DNA from: Chromera velia
Lineage: Eukaryota
Assembly: GCA_018398765.1 (NCBI GenBank)
Contig: JAHBMJ010000493.1
Location: 1-46,123 of the forward strand
Length of the DNA stretch: 46,123 nt
Direction of reading: 5' to 3'
The translations under genes were made by a program, and so were the position numbers. Numbering within the stretch: the stretch's first letter is position 1; the number at the start of each line of letters is the position of its first letter. This document shows, piece after piece, positions 37,709-46,123 of the stretch. The notes below the pieces were generated by a model. The model saw nothing but the letters and a program-made list of their open reading frames with translations, did no database searches and had not been told where the DNA came from.

Positions 37709-39540
37709 AGGGAGAAAGAGAGAGAGAGACAGGCCCAGGGCTTCGCACAAGTCTCGTGAGGAAAAAACAAGAACGATCCTCGACGGACCGAGAGTACAAG
37801 TCGATGTGAAGTAATGGCATGGGGGGTTGAAGAGGCATGCAGAGGTCAAATAACGCCTGCCTGTGCGTTCAGATCGACCGCCTGCCTGCCTGTCAACCCG
37901 CCTTTCTGCACTCACCTCAAAGAGATTGGTGAAGATCGGAAAAGTTCGGATAGGAGAAGACAATGAAGAAGCAGGCTGGCTGAGCATCCAAGAAAGTAGG
38001 CAGAGACAACAATTAAAGCATAGGAGCCGTTTGAGGAAAAAGTTTCAAGAACCGAAGAAGAGTTGAAAGGGTCGAGTACCAATCTAAAAAAGGAAGAGAG
38101 GGAGATGGTCACGATCAGAATTAAGAAAAAAAAAAAAAATCTATCCACGAAATAGTGACTTTCAAAAGAAGGACGGGGTTAACCATCCATGAAACGGTTT
38201 TATGCACAGACTGCAGTTTTTTACCATTTTATACCACTGCAAACGGGTCTTCATATACAATACTGTAGCATCTGTTTTATATTGCAACTAGTATTGCAAT
38301 TACTAATTAAAATGTCATATATTTTTTTCTGTAAGTCTAGTGATTCTTTTTCTATTTTTAACTACTTCATTAACATTCATCAACTATAAATTAAACTTGT
38401 TATATTTGGTGTTATACCTTCCCGCTTTAGAAAGATACTCAGATGGAGGGCTTAGGATAGCTTAGCAGGGCTAAAGAAGGTGACTAAACGTAAAAGTACG
38501 TAAAAATACGTAAAAGAAACATTATGTAAAGTGCTGAATTGGTTTAAATTGGTTATAAGAAGACACAGAGAATCGTTTGACGTCGCTGAGTCTAGGATTT
38601 AACTAGATTTAACCCTAGCTCAATCATCATCATAATCATAATTATTATTGTCAGATCGGTCTATATAGGTTATTATAGGTTTGAAATTATAGGTTATTAT
38701 GCAATGTATGAGTCTATGTTGTACTGTCCTTTTGCCAGACCTGCACCATACAACAGGTGGGGAGCCTAAATAATTATCTATAATCATGATTATCATCATC
38801 GATCATGGATAAAAACTAGTAGTATTTAAACTACAATAAAAAATTTAAGATCTAGTATAACGATTCTAGTAGATTCTAGTTTAAGCCCATTAAGATTGAA
38901 AGGGGCGCCGGCCAGGTGTGGCCCGCCTGCGTGCGCCTGCGTATATTCATATGCCGAGGCGGGCGGGCGGCTTAATCCCCGGCCCGGGCTTATCATGATC
39001 ATGCCCCACAAGTTCCTCGCACGGAGTGCTCTCAAGAGGGGATTCCGCGAAAACTTCTTACAGGCCGCGCCAATATCTGGGGACCGTAACCGAACGTCTT
39101 GCAAGAACTTTTTTTCGCGTCCCCCAAATTTCCGAATTTTCCGTCACGCATGAAAGATTCTTACGCCGCGCGGAAGGCAGATTCTTTCACCTCAACATTT
39201 CAATATTGGGTCAAGTCGTCTCTTTTCTGCCTCCACACAATCACTCTTTGAACACTCCAAGAGATCGCTTCGAGTCCAACTGAGTTGTGACCACTGGCCG
39301 GCAGTCCGAGATGAGAATTCAGCAAGTTGAAAGCGCTTTCGGTCTGTATGAGTTGCAAAAAGCCTCAAATCGTGCTTCCACTTTCTGACTTCCTTTGTCG
39401 GTGGCATATATGAAGGAATCAAGATCGAGAACGTCTGAAATTTTCTGCACCGCCTAATTGGTCTGCATTTTTATCTTTGTACTTGCACTCCTTTACTCCC
39501 GTCCTGAAGGTCACAGGTGTTCCGAACGTCTTTCAACAAT

Positions 39541-42174
39541 ATGGTTTTCTTTAAGCCGCTTGAGTTTTACGGTCTCTCCAGGACCAATGGCTTTATTCCC
39601 TTCCCCTCCGCCTGCACCTCACTCATCCCCCTTGAAGCGAAGGAGAAGGAGAGGGATGTTAGCTCTGACAGTACAAAGGCAGACGAAAGGACGAGGGAAG
39701 AAGGATTTGCGGCGAACCACCAGTTCGCAGCTCCGTGGGAGAGACTGGCAGAAAACCTCCCCGAGAAATTGAAGGTTGGTTAATCGTCAAATGAATTGAG
39801 AAGAGAGGTTTGGCGCTTGACTTCTCTGCAAGACAGCAGCTGTTTGACAGACAAATGGAGAGTGAAAATCCAGCCTTAGGTAGGCAGGCATGTGCAGAGA
39901 AAGGGAAAATGCAGAACCTCGAGAGAGACCGCTGATCGATACACACACACCTCTCTGATCTTTCTCTATGCAGGGAGGGATTTCGATTTTCCGCAAACAG
40001 GTTGAGGCCCTCCCCTTGATTGACCTCGAGAAGCACTTGCCGGAAATGAACGTGGCCGCCAAAAGGAGGGCCTACGTTCTCCTGAGTGTCCTTGCTCACG
40101 CTTATGTTTGGGGAGACGATCCTGAAAGCGGCTCTGTGCCTGAAATCATGCCCGAGCCTGTCGCCAGACCCTGGTGAGTCCGTCAGCAAATAGGATCGTG
40201 AATTTGACAGACATACGTGCTGTTTTACGTCGGCGTATACGTTCGTCAGCGTTTCTCTTGCCTCGTTTGTCATCCTCGTCTCATCTCGTTTTGTTTTTCA
40301 ATGATGTCCGTTGATGGTGGCAAAGTCAACAGCAGCAAGGCCATGCATGTTTTGCTCTTCCTTCTCCTCCGATTGATTGCATAGGGTAGTGCCCACAGAT
40401 TGACGCACGCAAGGACGCATCGAAATGAGTGCGTCGACTGCTCTTCCTTCTCCTCCGATTGATTGCATGCGGTAGTGCACACAGATTGTCGTTCTTCGCA
40501 TGATTGATTCTGCCTACTAACTTGGTTGTTCATGCAGGTACACGATTTGTCGTGAGTTGGGTATGCCCTGTGTGGTCACCCACGCTGCCCTTGACTTGTG
40601 GAACTGGACTCTGAAGGACCCCTCTCAACCTCCCTCTCTGGAGAATATGAGGTGGGTTGGCTTGTGTCTCTTTTGTTTCTTTCCTTCCTCTGTCCCTGTT
40701 TTTCCTGTTTTTCTTTCCTCGTGTGGTGTGTGAAGGGAAACCACAAACATGAGAGTACATTTCGTCCTTTTGTTCTATTCAACCTTCCTGCCGGCGTGCT
40801 TGCCTGTTTGCCTGCAGGAACCTGCTCAGCTTCACAGGGCACTCGTCAGAGGAGTGGTTCCATTTGATCAGTGCGGCAGCGCACGGCCTCTCCGCCCCCC
40901 TCTTGTGCAAAATGTACGATGTCGTGAGGTCGCCTGTTGAGCCCTTCAACGAACTGTCGATGGACGGTGGTGGGGAGGATGTGGTTGAATGTCTAGAGCA
41001 AGAGATCGATTGGAAAAACTGTGCAGAGCACCCGATGGATCTGCAGCCGTCTGAGTGCGTAGAGCTGTTGAAAGTATTGAAACAGGTGGTTGAAGGGGTC
41101 ACATCGCATATCAAAAGGATGTACGAGCGGTGCGAACCTGAGCACTTCTATAAAGTGCATCGTTTCTTTTTCAGAGGGTGGGATGCCTCGTCGGGGCATT
41201 TTCCATCTGGTGGTTTAATTCTGGAAGGTGTCAGTTCCTCCGAGGGGGGGGATGGGGAGTACCTCAAAGTGGAGTGTCGAGGGGCGAGTGCGGGGCAAAG
41301 TGCACTGATTCAGCTGTTCGATGTTTTGCTCTCTGTTCGCCATGGCACCAATCAGGACGCCGCGTCCAGTGGTCAGGTTGTGGTTGTGAAGAGGGGAACG
41401 CTCCCTGTGAGTGAGAGCGGGGAACCAGAGGGGCGAGCGTTGAATTCCAACGATATTCGCAGTGAGACCACCGCGTTGACCACGCGGAAGCCGGGCGATG
41501 GGGTGGAAGGGGGGCAGCAAGGCCAAGGGAGGGAAGACGGGGAGGAAGAGGATGGGCAAGACTCTGAGTGGGGTGAGGAACCTCCCCCGCCTGCGCCTCG
41601 TCACTTTTTATCTGAGATGAGGGACTATATGCCCAGAGGGTTTCGGCAATTTCTCGATGACTCTGTGCCTCTTGGTCAGGCAGTCAGAGCGTGTGTCGAG
41701 AAAGGGGCGAAAGCTATCCCGCGCCTTTCGCCCGAGAGTGCCGAGTGCCATGAGCTGACCGAGCTTGTGGACTGTTACAACGAGACCCTGACCTCGTTGG
41801 GCAATTTGAGGTCGGCCCATATGGGTCTTGCATATCGGTATATCGTCGCGATGGCAAAACAGGAAGAGAGGGAGAAGAAGGAAAAGGAGGAAGAGAAGAA
41901 AGAGCGAGAGCAAGCAGAGAAGGAAGAGAAAGAGATGGAAGAAGAGAACCAAGAAGAGGAAGAGGGAGAAGAGGATCATCACCTCGCACTTCCAGCACGC
42001 GACTCGAGTGCGGTGAGTGCCTTGAGTGCTCCCGAAGAGCCTGTGGTCGGCACAGGCGGCAGTGACCTCATCAAATTCCTCAAGTCCGTCAGACAGGACG
42101 TCAACAACACTTCGGTGTGTGTTGACTCGCCTGCCAAGTCTCTCAAACTGGTCGGACTTCAACTGGATGATTGA
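39541..42174 (+). CDS. IDO: Indoleamine 2,3-dioxygenase (heme, IDO family); 4 exons
   Basis: Exons 39541-39774, 39974-40173, 40538-40651, 40818-42174. Motifs NGFIP, PWERLAENLP, RRAYVLLSVLAHAYVWG, LGMPCVVTHAALDLWNW, FTG..SEEWFHLIS, RMYERCEPEHFYKVHRFFFRGW, GASAGQSALIQLFD, FLSEMRDYMP, proximal His in LRSAH..AYRYI, and GTGGSDLIKFLK. Confidence 0.93.
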
Positions 42175-42237
42175 GATGAGGAGGAAGGAAGAAGAATTCC
42201 GTGAAAGAGAGAACGTTTGACCAAGAACGGAAATAAT

Positions 42238-42285
<48 letters not shown>

Positions 42286-45200
42286 TGTCAAGGCGGAAAA
42301 GGGAAAGGGGGGGGGGAAGGGGTATTCGCATCCGTAATTTCCCTCCTGTCTGAATCCGGTGCATATCAACAATTCGTCCTCGTGTGGTACTCGAGCAGGC
42401 AGACGGGCAGTCAGATCCCGTCTGTGTCTGTTTGTCTGTCTGTCTGGTGTTTACAAGTTTGTCCGTCTTCCTTCTTCCCTCTCCTTCATTTCCTTCCTCC
42501 CCCTTTCACCCCCCTCATCATTCTTTCTTCATCCCCTTCCATCTGGACGGTGTCCTTTCATCTATCTCATCTTTCGTTCTTCATCCTCTTCCTTGTTGTA
42601 TGTTTCTCTGGTTTGAGAGAGGGGAATCTGACAGCAACGGAAAGGGGAGAACGCACAGTTCTGGTCCTTGCTGTTCCGATCACCTCTCTTTGTCTCTTGT
42701 GAGTGTCGCCGTCTGTCTGTGCATCCACCTGTGTTTCTCCTTTCGTAACTCCTTTTTTTTCTTCAATCTTTCGTTGGGTTTCTTTCTCATCACTCTTTCA
42801 CCCTGCCATGGGCGTGTCTTGGTCCTCCTATCTCGGGAAAAAGGGGACACAGAAACGAGTGAGAGAGAGACACGAAAAGAAAGCAAGATCGGCAGATGAC
42901 CTGCGGACCAGCTGAAGAGCTCTGAGTCAGTACGTTTGCGTGTTGTGTGCGCGTTGGTGCCCCTCCTTAGTTCTCGACCCTTTTTCATCGACTGACTTTT
43001 TTGTTTTCCTTTTTTTTGCCCTCCCTTCCGTTTCCCTCTCTTTCTTTCTTCCCTTCTGAAAAGAGGAAAAACAATTTTCTGTCTTTGTGTCAGTCTGAGG
43101 GTCGATCTGCCCCTTCGTCTCTGTCTCCGTCTGTGTGTTTGTATGTCCATGCTCAGCTGTCTTTTTGACTACCTGTTTCGTAGCATTCCATTCAAGAGGA
43201 TTCACCGGTCAGGATACTAAGATGAAAGGTCTGTGAACAAGTGATGCTTTAATTGGTCAGATCAGGTGGGCGGCTTTTTTCTCTACTGAGTTGTCTAAGA
43301 GAGAGACTCTGCATGCAGAGGGCGGCCGGGTGCTTTCGTTGGTTCACGGACGGTCTTTTTTTGGGTTGGTTGTTGCATGCATGGGTGAGGTCTCTCTCTC
43401 ATTCGCTCTTTCTGTTTCAATTTTCGTTCTAGCTCTTTGTCTTGTCATTTGACAGAAAGAGAGGGGGGAAGCATCAGAAATAATCGAACCGCGAAGGCGG
43501 TTTTTGTCTGATCGTCTCGACTGAGTCCCTGAGAACACAAGGAAGGAGGTGAGAAGGAAGAACTATCTTTACCGTCGTCCATCCAAGCAGAAAAGAAAGG
43601 AAGGAAGCAAGAAAGCCGCATGCATGCAGGGTTTTTTCTCAACCAGGTGTTTTTTTCTCTTCTGTGTAAGTGTTTGTCTCCGCCCACCTGCTTTACTATC
43701 TATCTGGTCTTTTTGCCGCGCCTGTAGACAACAGGCAGGCAGCCGCTGGAGTCTGACTTATTTTTTTGCTGAAAAGGACAAGAGATAGAATTATTATAAT
43801 GCAAGGGGCAGAAGGAGGGGGAGGGGGGGGTATATTCGACAGCAGCAAGCGATCATCCAATTCGAAAAAGGGACCATAAAGCCTTCACCTATCTCCCACT
43901 GCTCACAGGGGGTTGAGAGAAAGGAGATGGGCGGAGGCGAAATGAAGAGAGGAAGCCGTGTGTCTCGAACGACTTCTTGATGCTTCAAATAAGAAATCAT
44001 GTTTGTGTTCCTCCCGCCTTCCACAGAAGAAAGAAGCACACACAACTGAAATGGTTCATCCAAAAGTGACTTGTAGTCGGTTTTTGTTGTTTCGTGTCTG
44101 TTCTGTCTGTGTAGGTGAGTGTGTGTGTTTCTTCGTGGTCCTTTTTTGTTCCCGTCGTGTATCGTGCCCGTTGCTTTTCGTCTAATGTGTTCCTCCATGT
44201 AAGCTTGTGTTTGTTTTTTTTGTGCTGCTTTTTCGCTGCCTTTGTCTTGGTGCACGTGCGTGTTTTTGCGTATCTAAGTAGAACGACAGGGAGTGAAAAG
44301 GAGGACAGAAAGTGAGATCGCAGCCTTTTCTCTTCTTCCTTTACAATGACCGTTTCTTGTCCTAACTTCTTTCCAGTGAATGTTCCTTGTCTATTGCCTC
44401 GCTGGTTGCTGGTTCTTTCCTTCGCTGTTTCTGCCTGTTCTTTCTTCTACGTATGTCGAATTTCGTGCATGAATTTGTGGTCTTGCGTCGAACAAATTAA
44501 TTCAATCAAAAGGCTTCATTTCAGTCTTTGAAGCATCCCCTCTGATCTTTTCCCTCCTCAATTGCCCCCTCATCTCCTTTCTTTATGGCGCGTGCTTTCA
44601 CGTGTCTGTCTCTTTCAATGTATGTCTGTGTGTGGGAGGCCTTCAGTGCTGTCCGTGTGATGCTTGACTGACTGTCTGACTGACTGGCTGACAATTGAAT
44701 GACTCATAAATAGTCTACCGAGACTCCGGTGACCGAAGAGTTACAGCAGGAACAGCAAGAAAGAAAAGAGGGACTGCGGGAGTGATCCGCTGACTCCCAA
44801 ATAGAAACGATGGGAAAGAAGGGAAGCGCGGCGCGCAACGTCCATCTTTCCAGTCTTCTTGCTCTCGTGAATGGGCGTGGAAGCCTGCTTGTCTGTCTGA
44901 GCCTTTTACTGTTCGTCCGTCTGCCTTTCGACCCTCTTTCTTCTTTCTGTCTGAGAAAGAAAGCGAGAGAGAAAAACAGGTGGAAGGGACAGGAAAAAAA
45001 GAGGCCAGCAGAGCAGTAGAGCCGACCGTTCATTGGCAGATCGCGAACGGGAATGGAACTAAAAACGTTCGCGTGGTCTGCCTGTCTGTCGGGGGAAAGG
45101 CGTGGTGACGGCGTTGCACGGAGCCCGTAGTAGAGGCAGATCTCTCAAAAAGGAGGCCCTCCGCTACTCGACCTGCACCCTACACGTTCTCTCTGTCTGA

Positions 45201-45438
45201 CCGGGCCACGGAGATGCAAAGTTGCTGGGAAGGAAAAAGGAAGGGTTGGGGGAAAAGAGAAAGGTGGGCACGAGGTGTTTCTCCCGATGAGAAAGGAAGA
45301 GAGAAATAAAGAAAGAAAGAAAGAAAGAAAGAAAAGATAGGGAGGAGAAGATGAGATAAATTAAGTAGAATGAGTCAGCAAGAGGTCTATCGCAACTAAG
45401 CCTCTCTTTTTTCATCCTGTTCACTTTAACTTCATTTC

Positions 45439-45471
<33 letters not shown>

Positions 45472-46123
45472 GCGTGTCAAGAATTAGAAAAGCTAAATGA
45501 AAAGAAAAGAGAGCAAGGAGGGAGGGAGGGAGGGAGGAAAGGTTCGATCGATCCTATGAGACGCTAAGAAAGCATTCAAGACAGAAAGGCGGAAGGGAGG
45601 GAAGGAAGAAAACGCACCGAACGTTTCAGTCGTGCAAGAGCAACTCGATGCCTCCCTCCCTCCCTCCCTCCCTCCCCGTGTCTTCTTGTTTCGGATGTTG
45701 GAAGAAGGATGGGCAGTGCATCGAGATTTTCTCCAGGGAGAGACCTACGCACTCTTTCTCTCACTTACACACTCACACACACACACATAGAGAGAGAGAG
45801 AGAGAATGACGTGCACTAGCGCAAGCACGGGACCAGAACAGACCGAAGGGTCAAAGCGAGGAGGTCTTTCGCATGATGTGACTGTTTGCTCAATTCATTG
45901 ATAAATCAATCGACTGGTTTGTGTGTATGCAGACAAAGGCTCCTTGCTGTTTGTCCCTCTTCATTTGTTCCTTCCTCCATTTCCCCCTCCCCCCCGGCCC
46001 ATCGTTTCTTCCATTCCACTTATCAAAAGGGAATGGGGACTGGCTGCTGAGAGCGTGGGTTTTTTTCTGCATGACCCGTCCCGTCGGTCGGTGTGTGTGT
46101 GTGGGGGGGGGGGGGGGGGGGGG

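Noticed and set aside
41608..42372. 254-aa antisense ORF over IDO (and similar antisense ORFs over POLD2, NASP and TLDc)
   Set aside because: Shadow frames of real coding exons.
42200..46123. Numerous short ORFs and a possible terminal micro-exon (TGCAG|GTCGAGTAG, minus strand ~45164-45172)
   Set aside because: Low-complexity UTR/intron-like sequence with no recognisable protein. It may be the 3' end of a gene outside the window but is unsupported here.

Overview
Intron-rich eukaryotic genomic DNA. The microsatellite-laden introns, GT(C/G)xGT donors and TGCATGCA-rich promoters suggest a chromerid alveolate such as Chromera velia; this is an inference. I reconstructed nine protein-coding loci by hand with frame-consistent GT-AG splicing: (1) a phospholipase B1-like SGNH lipase (-); (2) DNA polymerase delta small subunit POLD2 (-); (3) an N-myristoylation-motif hypothetical protein (+); (4) a 13-exon NASP/Sim3 histone chaperone (-); (5) a highly divergent 3-exon type-1 (microbial) rhodopsin (+); (6) a TLDc-domain gene split by a frameshift at an A8 run (-); (7) mitochondrial GrpE (-); (8) a C4orf47/CFAP96-like ciliary protein (+); (9) an indoleamine 2,3-dioxygenase (+). 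AT-rich islands separate the gene blocks. The largest holds three nested non-autonomous hAT-type elements, each with terminal inverted repeats (TIRs) and its own perfect 8-bp target-site duplication (TSD). The top candidates for novelty are the rhodopsin, which keeps the Schiff-base Lys and counterions but has lost the helix-F WxxYPxxW retinal pocket, and the triple-nested hAT elements with possible RIP-like CpA-to-TpA decay.
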